A stretch of DNA of 63,221 nucleotides, counting the filler, from Sphacelaria rigidula (Eukaryota), in NCBI GenBank assembly GCA_964200075.2. It is 9 parts of 9 records of this genome, joined end to end, with 100 filler letters (N's around TTAATTAATTAA, not from the genome) between each part and the next. Parts side by side here need not be neighbours in the genome. Positions count along the whole stretch, not along the records: positions 35,181 to 42,116 come from CAXNAA020017333.1; positions 42,217 to 49,151 come from CAXNAA020017334.1; 7 more parts are not named here. The stretch is one strand, 5' to 3'. Under the pieces are notes generated by a model. It saw only the letters and a list, made by a program, of their open reading frames with translations, had not been told where the DNA came from and did no database searches. The translations under genes and the position numbers were made by a program. The first letter of the stretch is position 1; each line of letters begins with the position of its first letter. Shown piece by piece: positions 36,346 through 49,251 of this stretch.

Positions 36346-39300
36346 ATTCGAAACTTATCATGGAGGACCACAGAGGTATGCTGAATAAAAAAAAATGGGC
36401 CTTCATTTTTTTCGGGGGAGAGGAGAGGTTCGGGCGATCTCGCAAAAAATGGTTGTTGCTATACTAAAATGCCCTAAACCAGTGAAAAAAAAAATGTATC
36501 AACCTGACCCATTTTTTTGTTCACTATGCCCCAGCGAGGTCTCACACAAAACTTCAAAACACAAACACCAAACGTTGGCCGGTAAGTGGCCTGCAAAATA
36601 CTGTTCCGAATTTCCTACCAACCCGGTTTTTAAACGGCCTTTTCACCGGCCAATATTCATTCAGATTTGGAGCCTGAAAGTTGGTATGGACAATGAATAG
36701 GGCATAATGAAAAAAAATACGAGAGCACCCAAGGGTTTTTTTCAGGAGTCAAGGGCATTGTACTGATACCTGAAAAACGATTATTGCCCTACATTGATGA
36801 GAAAACAAAAAAAAATTAGGTGCATTCGTCTGTTTTTTTTATGCCCTATACATTGTCCACACCAAACTTTAGGCTCCAACTCTAAATGTTGGCCGGCGAA
36901 TGGGCCTGCATACCACAAATTTGCCTCCAGGCTGGCCCAGCTCGTATAATAATAAAAAATTAGAGCGTGTCTTGGGATGCGACGGCCATTTTCGGTTCCG
37001 CCTCTGGACGTACTTGTCAGCCGTGGTGTTACCGAAAGTGTCCGCACGCACAGTGCACGTGTGACACGGGGCCTCGAAAACGCCTGTTGGGAAAACGAAA
37101 AGCGAGGGCCAACGCTAGCCCACACGGTATGCTGTAGGGGGACCTACATTTTTTTCAAGCTTAAGAAGCCAGCAAATGCGAGCAGCTGGTACCACGACAC
37201 GAGGCACACGGCAGACACCCGTGACTGTACAGCACGTGGCGTAATGGTAACGTTTCAAAGCCCTTCTATTCCGCGATCCACGCCTTGATTTTCATGCCGG
37301 GGATGAGCGGGTATGCGGGTATGCGGGGCGACCAGCAAACAACAACGCTTGGCTCCTCCCGCCCTAGGTTGCGTACACCCTCCATAAAGCCCGTCCACTC
37401 TCACCTCGCTTTCGATGCAGGCCTGATACTCTGCGTCCATAGCGCGAAGCAAAAGAGACGCCACCTGGCCGTGAGGAGAAAATCGACGTGCACAATCAAG
37501 CATGACGTTGGTGTTAAGCGAGCCCCCGTGTCAAGTGCCAGCATCACACAAACTGCATTACAACCGGACAAACGATGTTACTCCATACGAATGATATGAA
37601 GCGCGGGGACCAGGGAGCGCAAGCAGTGGCAGAGACAGTCCTTGGGTGTGCTTATCGCACCTTCGCGCCGCTAAATTCCCGGGTAACGCGGTCCGCCCTT
37701 AGCTTGAAGTCGAACCGGACTATGGAGCACCTCCACGATGAAATATCCAGGACTGGAAAATGGTACTGCATTGTATGTGTGCCAATGTACGCACTGCAAA
37801 TGAATGAACCAATTGTAACCCAGAAGTCATCGTGTACATTAAAAAAGAGGGGCGGGGGGGGATACTCATGATCATGCATGCCATAGTTATTAGTCACAAG
37901 ACCATTGACCTCGCATCCCTACAAAGCCGGAACGGAGCACGCCGGGTTCTCGCCGGACCAGGCTCGCACTCAACCACCAAGCGCGAAGCGCCGTGGTGTC
38001 TTCGACGAGTCGCATGAAGGGTGAACTGCATCCTGCTAAGAGTGTTCGGCCCGAAGCCTACTGATTATCTTGCATTTGGATGACAGCCTGCAACGGGTTG
38101 CTTCACTTTCTGGTACTGCCACGTCCAGAGACAGCCACGGCTTGTGCACTGCCTCATGGGTGTTTCACCATTTAAACACTACGTAGTACGATCATCCCCG
38201 TTGTGCGGAGTTGAGGTTCTCCCACGCCGCACAATACGTTATAGCTCGACTACCATCATGGTTACCGCAATAAAAAACGCGAGTGCGCAATAAAAGATCG
38301 GTAACCTGGTTGCCTAGCTTACGCAGTGAGTGGCGTGTTTCACAGCATCGTCGCCAACCGACGCCCACCCCGTCGGGGTTCCGCCCCTACAAAGCCGGGA
38401 CGGAGCACACCGGGTGCTCGCCGGACGAGAAAACGGGGATGGGGGGAATCGAAAAAAGGTGAGGCGCGGGTACTACGAGTATAGTTGAGCGCGTGTCTGA
38501 GTCATTTGATATCGAAAATAACGCAATGTGAGGACGGACAAAACGAAACGAAACGCAGGATGGTACCGTTCAACCCAAACGCTTTCGCTGCTCATGTGCT
38601 GCGGCCGTCAACCTCGTCTTCCCTGAACGATGCTTGAGTGTACTCAATCGCTCAAGCGATAAGGCATTACATATTACGGAAAAGAGAAAAAAGACGAAGG
38701 CATGAATACCGTACACCCGACACGTTGAAAAAAAACATACCCACACACACATAGAAGGGCAAAACATGTCCGGGCTCCATCTTATACGTTTCATGAAATG
38801 CGCATCGTGTATAGTAGTCAACATCTGTGTTGGGCGATCTTTTGTAATAATTTCATATGCGGCGATTTTTCAAAGTTTTTTCGCGTGCAACCGCTCATCA
38901 CAGTGAATGTTTAATAATGAAATAAAGAGGGATCGAGAGATATTAATATGCCCGCTTTCCCACACGACAAGAAGCCCCCCGCACCAGCATCATCCCGAAA
39001 GAGATAACATAANNNNNNNNNNAAGGTTTTTTGGGGGGAACCCCCAACCACAGGGAAATTTTAAAAATAAAAAAAAAAAGGACCGAAAGAAAATAAAAAT
39101 CCCCCCTTCCCCCCCCCCCCCCCCCCCCCCAAATGATTGCGGCAACCAATATTAAACGAGCTACGAGCTGACCAGTCCTCGGCGGTCCTACGAGTACACA
39201 GCAGCCTCATCTGGCTCTTCGGTATCCCCGGTCACTCGAACCAATTCTGATCGTTCTACTATAGAGAACAAATGAAGACTTTTTTTCAATATATTTGTAT

Positions 39301-42116
39301 TTCCAACTATTTATTCATTGCGCTAGAACCTTGTCAACTTTCGTAGTTGGGCGTTTTTTGGGTTATTCGCGCATGATAGTCTTCAGCACTTGAAAGTGCT
39401 GGACTCGGTAGACATTGGAAAAACAGGTCGTGCTCAGGAAACAATTCCCAAGTTGGGGTTGTCGGGGTGATAAGAAGTGAAGATCTCGTTCACCAGGGGT
39501 GTTTTTGACCGTCACTGGGATGAAAAGAACAGTTTTCCAGCTCTATCGCAATGAACAGTTGGTAAGTAATATATATATATATATATATATTCATATTTGT
39601 CGAGAACTTTTGGGATTGGTTCGATCAAGAAAAAATCGCCGAGACTCAGAACCTGGAACTACGCAGTCGCGACTCCAGAGAACCGGTCAGCTCGTAACTC
39701 GATCAATATTGATTGCAGAATTGTTTTTTTTTCTGGATTGTGAAGCGGATGTTACCATCTTCTGATCCCCAAAATATTGGCGTCAAGCGTTCACTGTGAT
39801 GAGCGGTGGCACGTGAAAAAACTCATAAAAAGAGCCCATTACGAAAAAAGATAAAAAAAAAACAACGCGTAATACAGATGGTGACTACTGTATTGTGTCT
39901 AGATTAGTTTGCCTGAGAGTATGGTACAGGCTTTTGGTGGTACTTTGCAAGGCACCGTAATTTGCATGGCACAGTACCGGTGATCCACGGTTCGGTACGG
40001 CGCTGTACAGATCTCACGGTTCTCGTGGAGACGACCTTGTCATTTCGAGGTACAGGGGATGGCACACCGAGAGTTTCGGAAACTGTTTTCTCGCACCTCA
40101 GGATCAGGATGGAATGGATTAAAAGCCGGTAACGGCACAAAGTTCATCCCCAAGAAAATTTTACGATAGACTTTTCAGGATCGAAGCTCTTCGTCCTGAA
40201 GCCTGAAGCGCCCCTTCAGAACTCGGGATGGAACACAGGAATCACTCCCACCCCCGTCACCACTGTCACAGCCAGTTTGCCATCAATATACCCTCCAACA
40301 AGCAGAGTGGAACATCCACCACAACTGTCATCCTCATCACCATAGACCAGCCACGAAGTAGCAATATCTCGCGTCGCAGACAGGGGACCTCCCTGTCGCC
40401 GCAATGGTACCAGCATTCGCTTGGTTGTATTGCGTGATATATAAATGCTCGGTGCGCACGAGACGTTACCTTGGGTGGTACAGCTCCTCACAAGACGTTG
40501 CCTCGGGTACACCACCTCAAAATCTCGGCCAATTTGATCATTTGATCATTTGTCCAAATTTGTTGATGAATCAGGATTAGTCTTGTGGAGAGACGACGAA
40601 AGTGGATACATCACCACCAATTTCAGCCCAACCGGAGGTACAGGTAACCGCGCATGTTAGAGCTGTCCGTGCTAAGCCGAGACACCTCAAAAATCAATCC
40701 CGACCGAAAGGCAAGGTCCCCACAGCCTATTAAGAGTATGAAGACAACCCCCCCCCCCTCCCCAAAACGCTGCTCTGTCTCGAAAGGGATGCGTTGTCAG
40801 TGGTCAAACGACTAAGGCCAACAATAAATGAGTATCTCTCCCCCCCCCAAGAAAAAAAAACGCGGTTTAGGGCCGAACAGCACCGCGGGAAACAAGGGTC
40901 TCGCAGAATACCCATCAAGTCTGACAATGGGGGTAGGTATACCCAGCATAAACCACAAAGTTTATCTTGTAAATCGTTCTTTCGTATACTGTCTCATACT
41001 TTGTCCGAAGTGTACCTCTACTTGACCAATATCGACCTTCCACAGCCGCCGTCCGACCCACCACACGGCACAAAATTGGATGGCCGAAGTACACCTCCAA
41101 CGCTTCTTTTTACCTCTTTCTACGGCGTGGAGATTCGAGACCCTTGCGGAGTGATTGACACACCGCGCGACCGTTGGCATTCGGTACCGCAAGCTAGAAA
41201 ATATGGAGCACAACGCAAACGGCACAGCGACTTGAAAAATGACTGAATTTACAACGGCTGATCCCCTCCGTCGCTCAGTCATCATTTTGGCGCACAGCGC
41301 AACCGTGTCGAGAAGACTTGCCCTACAGGACGCTGGCAATCGGGCGAACGCTGCGAGGCGTGTTCACTACTTGGTCGATGAGCAAATCTCTCGGGAACGT
41401 CTTTCTTTAAATAACGCTACGAGCTGGGCCAGCCTAGAAACGGATTTAACCCCTACAACGCGAGGGTAGTCCATCTAGATCATTCAGACATTTTTCAAGT
41501 GAAATTGATGCCGATTCAACAGATGACCTACTCTCGCCGTCAAAGGGTTAAGCTCTCAAAGCAATACCTCATAAACATAGACGAGTTGGACCATGGTCCT
41601 CATATAGTATTGATCGTCCAATCAAGGGGTAGGTGACCATCTGCTCAAAAGTTTGTGCCAATATTTTCATATTTTCTCGTTGATTAAACCCCATGTCTCG
41701 TAATTCCTATACCTGACGGAGATGGCGTCCACACCAAAATCTATATGAAACCCCCGATCGATACATTCAGCGGGGGACGACGATTTTTGGTGTGGACATT
41801 CCCTGGAGTACGGGGCGACGATAGATACCCTCGCTTCCACCTGATTCGTTATTCATCTCGAGATATGGCGCACACAAGGTTCTATACTAAAATCAATTTA
41901 TTACAAGCAGAGGTACTAGATGGACTAAATCTGGATATCGCGTCTCAGTTTCAGAGAGTCATGCTATGAAACTTCGTGTGGAGAACCGATGGTGCATAAC
42001 AAAGCTAGATGAAACAGCCTTTTTTTTTTTTTTTTTCCCGTTTTTAGGGCAATTTTTTGGAGAAATTAAAACTTCTCTTGGGCCTTATCTCTACTTTTTT
42101 GTTCCATTTTTATATT

Positions 42117-42216
42117 NNNNNNNNNNNNNNNNNNNNNNNNNNNNNNNNNNNNNNNNNNNNTTAATTAATTAANNNNNNNNNNNNNNNNNNNNNNNNNNNN
42201 NNNNNNNNNNNNNNNN
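42117..42216. other. Artificial scaffold linker
   Basis: N44-TTAATTAATTAA-N44. Confidence 0.99.
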
Positions 42217-42241
42217 ACTTCTACTTCTACTTCGACTGCCC

Positions 42242-42308
<67 letters not shown>

Positions 42309-42372
42309 TACTTCTACTACTTCTACTACTTCTACTACAACTTCTACTACTTTTACTAGTTCTCCTTCTAGT
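42217..42372. repeat. (ACT)n/(CTT) microsatellite at scaffold start
   Basis: Direct. Confidence 0.95.
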
Positions 42373-42841
42373 AATACAACAGTAATAACAATCAGTACAG
42401 GGGGGGAGATGGATTTATCCCTCGAGACCACGGACGACTCGTACCGAGGAGGGTGGTGGTTGCAACTGTGTCAAAACAAAAAAATGAATGTGCGCACTGT
42501 TGACGTCAATCCAACACCAAAGTACTCTCCGTCCCCATCAACCGACAAAGCGGAATTGGCGGAATGACAATATTTTCCGGTGCGGCATCATATATTGAAA
42601 ATGACCCACCAAGACGTCAAAGCAGTCGCTAATGCTTTAGTTATCGGAATGTTTTGCGCATCACTTTCGCAGTGATGTAGACTGTCATCCACTGGCTAAA
42701 CAAAGCCGCAAAACGCGCATACCAAGCATGCATACATGCTAACGCGCTGCTGCTGACTGTGCCGCAACGCTAGCCACCACTGTGGTCATTACAGGTAGGG
42801 CTCCACTCAGATCGTGGTATGTACATCGCACATGAGTCACT

Positions 42842-43080
42842 GGGACACATTCTACGATAGCCCACCCCCCCAAAACCAGCCCAAAAGTGTCACGAAAAAA
42901 GTGGTCATACATCGCCTGATGTTTGGCACCTCATATGGGCGACATTGGCGAGAACGAACCCAAGAGTGGGAATTCCCAGCTGCTCGTTGTGCTCGGCTTT
43001 TTCTATTTCGATTTACGTGAAGATTTTGCCTCCCAAAACCAGGCACGTTTTGGGGGGGGGGGCTACCGCAGAAAGTGTCC
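42842..43080. mobile_element. MITE (Harbinger-like GGG..CC termini); second copy at ~46892-47148
   Basis: TIR gggacac.ttctacgatagccc / gggctaccgcagaaagtgtcc with a shared interior. The second copy is intronic in WDR35; the first lies just 3' of the last exon found. Confidence 0.7.
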
Positions 43081-43425
43081 TGGGCGGCATCCAGAAGACG
43101 TATACATCAACACATTCACATGTGTTGACTCATCCCGCCGTGAAGTTTCATGAAAGCCTTCGTTTTGATCGTTTGGATTTCGAGTTCCCTCGTTGAGATG
43201 GTGGAGGTTTTGAAGTGTTTTACGACACATGATCCAAGTCTCCTACTGGTTAGATCTGCGATCTCAAAAATCGCGGATTCACATCCTTCTACTGATCAGA
43301 CCGGAGGTTGAAGATCTCAGACAACAGTAATCTACGGTCCCGAGAGAAGGATGGGGCAGGCGCTTTTCAACCTCATGACAGAGGTACACAACGGTACCGG
43401 TTTTGAGGACAACAACTTCATCTAC

Positions 43426-46400
43426 CTGATTCGGATCATCCGTCGCCCACACCATGTCCCATGTGTCGCGTCGCTCTAGTTTTGCCCAGGGTCCTCCTTT
43501 TGCTGAGCCGCTTCCCTTTCCCGTCGACGTGTCGCCCGGTGGCTGTATTCAAGAAAAATACATTGGGCACCGCGCAGGTACAAACGTAAAATGATCATAA
43601 TTGCTACTGTGATACTACTTTACCCAAAGTCGTGTCACCCAGATGTATAGAGGGTGTACACAAGAGGGCTTGTAACGTTTCTCCCGAAAAGCGATACCCC
43701 GTCACCACAGCCGATGTTGTGGGGCAAACAAATACTTCCTATTTTTGTTTCCAAGCGAAACACGTATTGATCATAACTCAGGCAGCACCATGGCACCACG
43801 TATCCTCTTTGTGGGGGGAGCGGAAGGGGGCAAAACGCAGATTTTTTCCTGTCTCTTTCCAGCTAATGCGGATTCCTCAGACATCCCTCTGCTTCCCTGG
43901 ATGAAACTTCGTACAACTATGATGTGGTGTAAAATAACATGTAAAGATGCGTAGCACCCTCCGCCCCCCTCTCCTCCTTTTTTCCCTCTCGTCACTCGCT
44001 TCAAGGGCTGGCGTCTGTTGGCGATGACGCTGTATAATACGCCACTCACTGCTTTAGCCAGGCAAACAGTTTACCGTTTTTTCTCGCTTGCTCTTTTTGC
44101 GGTCACTCTGGTAGTAGAGTTAGACCATATTGCGCGCAAAAGGGATGATCGTAGTACGCAGTGTTCAAATGGTGAGACACCCATGTGGTAGTGTAAGCCG
44201 TGACTGTCTCCGGAAATGGAGCTATCAGGAAATGACGCAATTTATTCAAGGCTGTCATCCATACGCAAGAAAGTAAGTGCGCTTCGGACCCAACAACCTT
44301 AGCAGGATGCAGCGCACCCCTCATGCGACTCGCCGAACACACCACGGCGCTTCGCGCTTGATGATCGGTTGCGAGCCTGGTCCGGCAAAAACCCGGCGCA
44401 CTTCGCGCTGGCTTTGTAGGGATATGCGATCAATAGTCTAATGACTACGGCATGCAAGATCATGGGTACCCCCTTCCCCTCCTCCGCCAATGGTCTTGCA
44501 GATTTGGGAGGTTCTCCAGCCATAGCTCCCGAGGTGATCTATTGCGAGCCCCCTTGCGTTTAAATTTCAAAATGCTGGTTGCCAACCTGTACGTGTCGCC
44601 TATCGGATTGTTCAGAGTAAGTGCATGTATAAACATCGGAAATAGTTAGCCAATGATTTAGTACTGCGTATAATATTGTATAATATTGTACAACTTTAAG
44701 GTCCCCCGACTCAACCTTCTCTCTGTGTAGTTCAACTTGATACCATGGAGGTAATTTTTGGACGCCAAAAGTAAGGGCGGTATGAGTGAGTGGTGTCGAG
44801 AGAACAGAGTGCGGTTGTGGTCGACAACATGCATTGTTTGTCTCGCATAGATCCTTCTCTGACGAAAGTGTTCCGATAGAATATTCCAGCACATGAATGA
44901 CCCCCACTTGTTGGATTTTTTGCGGAGTAACCCGAGATCTATCGAAGAGAAATTCACAAAGAGATCAAACGCTCCGATCACTTGCCTTTCCCTCGAGATC
45001 CAGTACGGTGAGTACTCCCGATGCATCGATCACAGCAGCGAGTGAGCTATTGCAGTTCAGCGCCAGATGCTGTGGTTTAGACCTCACGGTGTACCTTCGT
45101 CAGTCAAGCGGGCAAACGAGGGTTCCAGTGTTGTTACGGTCGAATGGAAAAAACACTGTGATCTGTTTTCGGCCCATGAGGTTTAACCCAGCCTCAAAAT
45201 GCCTCCAGCTTTCAAGCCGTTTTTTTTTCTTCTTGTAAAGCAGGGTATGCGAAGCTACAGCTTTACAAACTGGGAGCATGAATTTCGATCCTGGGATATG
45301 GATATTCATCTCGGGTATCATATCCATCTGCGATCTCCACTTGGAATATCCATCTGGAATATGCACCTGAGATACCAACTCCGCCTAGAATATCCATCTG
45401 GGATATTCTGCTGAAGGATTTGAGGTCATGGTTACGTTTAGCATTTGGATCACGTGTCTCAGGTAAATGTTGATATTCTAGGCAGCCGGCGGTCCAGGAC
45501 ATCCCAGGTTAAGACGTAAATCCTAGACATATCTGACATCCCACTGAGACCTCCTTGGTGGGATCTACCAGATGGACATCCGTGCCCGGATGGATCACGT
45601 CGATATCCATATCTCAGAAAAATATCCATATTCCAGATAGATATCTGTAATCCAGGTGGATATACCAGATGGACATGATGTCCCCGATGGATATCCCGGA
45701 TGGATACGACCACGCACAGAGAATTTGCACGATAATCCTGGCCTTCCCCCAGAATGGTCAACGAAAAAGAATGTTTGCGATTGCAGAATTAATAACGACG
45801 CCACCGGTGCTGGGGACTTGGCTCCGTGTGTAGGTGCTACCTTAGTTCGTCACTTTCTACTGCACGGGAAGAAGACGCACGGTTTCGTTGACTATTGCGA
45901 CGGATCACAGGTATCATGGACACATGCATTTTTTTTTTCATTTTTTTCCTTAGATTGTGTTTTAGTTTCGTTTTTGTTGGGTACGTCTATCATGGGACCA
46001 CGGCTGGATCCCGGGGGGGTCAGTTAAAGTGCGACAATCAATCAATCAACCAATCAACCATGCACGCGTGCGTGCGTGCGTGCGTGTGTGCCTAGGAAGG
46101 CGTTTCTTCAAGCGGGGAAACCTAAAGTAGCGTGCTGCTGTTGGGATACGTTCAATTTACATATTTATCGAGATTGGAGGCCTCTTTTCGATATTTCGAC
46201 CTGCGGAATGCACAAAACTGCATTTATTGTGCGGTGGAGACAAAGCACTTCTAGTGTAATGCGTGACCCAAAGTCGAGAGATGTACCCACTCCTTCTGTT
46301 ATAGTACCTGTTTTCCAAGCTGATGTGCGGCAGCGTGTATCGGCATATGGTTCCGTCCTCCTTGCCCAGTAGTAACGTGCTCTCCGATACGGCCAGTGCT

Positions 46401-48584
46401 GGCGATGCGCCCAGACGTTTTTCGTGTCATGCATCGGAGTGATCACAAGTGCATTTTCCTTTAGATCTAACAAGTCGAAACGTGATTCGCCAGTTGAGTT
46501 GCGCAGACTCCGTCATGTGCTACTCGACAATATTGTTTGATGCTCTGTAGGAGGGAGTAAGCTCAAGATCTCCGTATTCAATTCGGTTTGGGTTGTGAGT
46601 CCCTTCCAGAGGGTATCGCGTTCCAGGAGCAACTTCATGCGGCTGGAACCTCTCTGTCTACAGGGCGACATCAGGAACACCTTGTCCTGAGAAGATTGCG
46701 TAGAAGACAGATATAAATGTGTGTGTGTATATATATATAGGTATATATAGGTGCACATACATTGATTCAGGCGTTGGTACCGGCTTGTCATTTATCGCAC
46801 CACCCAGGCATCATACTCGTGCGCTTGCAGGTTGTTTCCATGGTCGGCTTTTGTGCGATACCAGGAGTCAAGCAGCGACTGTTTTCTACGGGGGACACTT
46901 TCTACGATAGCCCCCACCCCCCAAAAAAGACAGTCCAAAAGTGTCACGAAACAAATGGTTGTACAGCGCGTGATCTTTGGATTCAGGCTGCATGAAGCGA
47001 CTCATTTCAGCGACATTGACTAGAATGAACTCAAGCGTGGGAATTTCCAGCTGCTCGTTGTGCTCGCCTTTTTCCATTTCGATTTACGTAAAGACTTCGC
47101 CTCCCAGAACCAGGCATTTTGGGGTGGAAGGCTATCGGAGAAATTGTCAGGGGATAAACGAACACACTACGTAACGTGTGTGTGACCAGCGAAACGGGCT
47201 CAACTCTTGATCCTCCTCTGCCGTTCCCTCCACGCCCTTGTCACAGACGCATGCAGAGAGCGCCCACCGTGATTGACAGGGGGTGCCCACAGTGGTTGAT
47301 ATTCTGCTTGTTGGGAACTCGATAATGCGCGAAGCGCCGGTGCACCGAGTCACACGGGGTACATGGTGTACCGGGTACTAAAGGGTACCCGGTTTACCGG
47401 GTACTAAGGGGTACCCGGTGTACCTGATGTCGAAGCAAAAATATGCATCCAAATAATTCGGTCTAGTTTATGCAACTATCCGTACAACCCGTCATATACA
47501 ATGGTGCTTCGCTTTGTCAATGGAACATGCTCTTTGGACACAGCGGCAAGGAGTACATTGCCCCAGCGGTACCTTTTTGTGTCTAATGAGGTTGTTGGCG
47601 GTCGTTTTTACCTCGACAGTGCCAACAAACCGGCGAGTCGGGCAAGCGCACACGTAAAGGACCTGTTTTCGTCTGGGAATATCGACTCCTCCTCACCAAA
47701 GTATCCAGAAGAAATTTCGCCGGCCGGCACCAATCTCTGATCCAGACACATTTACATTACGTTCCTATTGTACTCGCAACTTCATGTTGATCATGATACG
47801 GTGCGTGTTGATATTCATTAACAAACCGGACGTTTAATCTCGGTCAAGATTACCCCTCTGGCCTCCCCGACCAATGCCGCCGCCTTCCGATGGTCAGACT
47901 GACACATCTACAATTACAGTTCGGGCGAATTTCGTGAATTCTCACGCTAACGGAAGAATCTTTCTTACACTTTCCTCCGCCCGAAAACGTGAAAGGATCG
48001 CTGGCGAAAATATTCGATGGAGTCAACGGGCTGGGGCAGTGCTGCAGTAACCCAACGCTCAACACTAAGGTCCAAGATATGGCACCGAGGGGAGATATGG
48101 ACAGATCCCCTGGCACTATGTACTCGTCCAGTCGAGGAGGGAGAATTAGATTTGCAAAATAGCGCAAAACGCCTCCGTAATCCTCCCCACCACATCTTCG
48201 TTCTAATGTGCTGACTTGTGTCCAAGCACACTGTGACCGTACTGGTCATACGATTCTTCGAGTTTCGATGTACGTAGGTAGCAATGCGTGACGGAAACAA
48301 CAACACAAATAGTGATCCTACCTTCCCCCCCCTCCCTCCCTCCCCAAGCCACCGGCGGATGGACACGAACACCCCACCCCTCAGGAATGAAGTACGCCGT
48401 ACTTACCAGTAATAGGGTCCGATCTGGAATCGCTGCCATTGCGAGATCCGCAGTATGACTCCGGGGCGCAAGCTGGTGATTCCAGGTTGTCAGGGTCCAC
48501 TATTCTTTCCCTGCCCGCCCCGGGAGCTCGCTTAAGGGTGGCCACGATATCAGCCGTAGCGTCGTTTTGCTCGACTGATGATTT
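43426..48584 (-). CDS. WDR35: WD repeat protein 35 / intraflagellar transport protein IFT121, internal exons (partial)
   Basis: Phase-compatible exons 48584-48407 (...GAGRERIVDPD...SDPIT), 46398-46308 (ALAVSESTLLLGKEDGTICRYTLPHISLEN), 45094-44986 (RYTVRSKPQHLALNCNSSLAAVIDASGVLTVLDLEGK) and 43542-43426 (...KLERRDTWDMVWATDDPNQ). These are colinear with the recalled WDR35 motifs GRERI, DPI, LNCNS, KLERRDVWDMKWA. Confidence 0.92.
45290..45710. repeat. Intronic GATATCC/CCATCTGG-rich foldback element
   Basis: Arrays of atatccatctg on the left are mirrored by cagatggacat/ggatat on the right. Confidence 0.6.
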
Positions 48585-49151
48585 CTGCATGTCGTTTCGT
48601 GCCGTTTACGCATGTTCAGAAAGCAGTGAGGAAATAGCACGGGGAGGGAAAAGGGATTGACAGCTACTAAATCATCTGCTGGACCTGTGCGCTTCAAGGG
48701 CGGTGGAGATGGAAGCTGTGGCTACAGTGTTCATACACTATTATACTGAGCAATGGCCGTCCCTGATTTCACTTCTTATGTTGTTACGTAGACTCGCTCT
48801 TGCTCTTTTGAACCATTGTCGGCCATGTCACAGAGACGACGCTGATTGCAGAATTCAAAACAGAAGCTGAGGCCACCGCCCACGCTATCGAATGACTATA
48901 TTTGACACCACAAGTAAATAAAACTAGTTACGTGCACGACGTTTCGGATTTCTATACACACGTCATCTTCTCGCATAAATTCTGCTGTGACTTTGAGAAC
49001 CTTTCCCCCACGCAACTGCGACTTGAACCCTGCACTATTCCACTACTCTCGTACCTAACCGTTATTCTTTTTTTTTGGGGGGGGGGGGTTACTCATTTGT
49101 TGCTTGCCTTAGTCGTGCGACCATTGACCACGTACCCCTTTCGAGACGGAG

Positions 49152-49251
49152 NNNNNNNNNNNNNNNNNNNNNNNNNNNNNNNNNNNNNNNNNNNNTTAAT
49201 TAATTAANNNNNNNNNNNNNNNNNNNNNNNNNNNNNNNNNNNNNNNNNNNN
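49152..49251. other. Artificial scaffold linker
   Basis: N44-TTAATTAATTAA-N44. Confidence 0.99.

Noticed and set aside
40010-40345. Possible terminal exons of a + strand gene
   Set aside because: The splice sites are plausible, but all three frames are possible and no homology was recognised.
46513-48372. Extra exon-like frames (e.g. ~47611-47737, ~47186-47304, 47850-48167)
   Set aside because: WDR35 homology is continuous from 48407 to 46398 without them, so they are treated as intronic chance frames.
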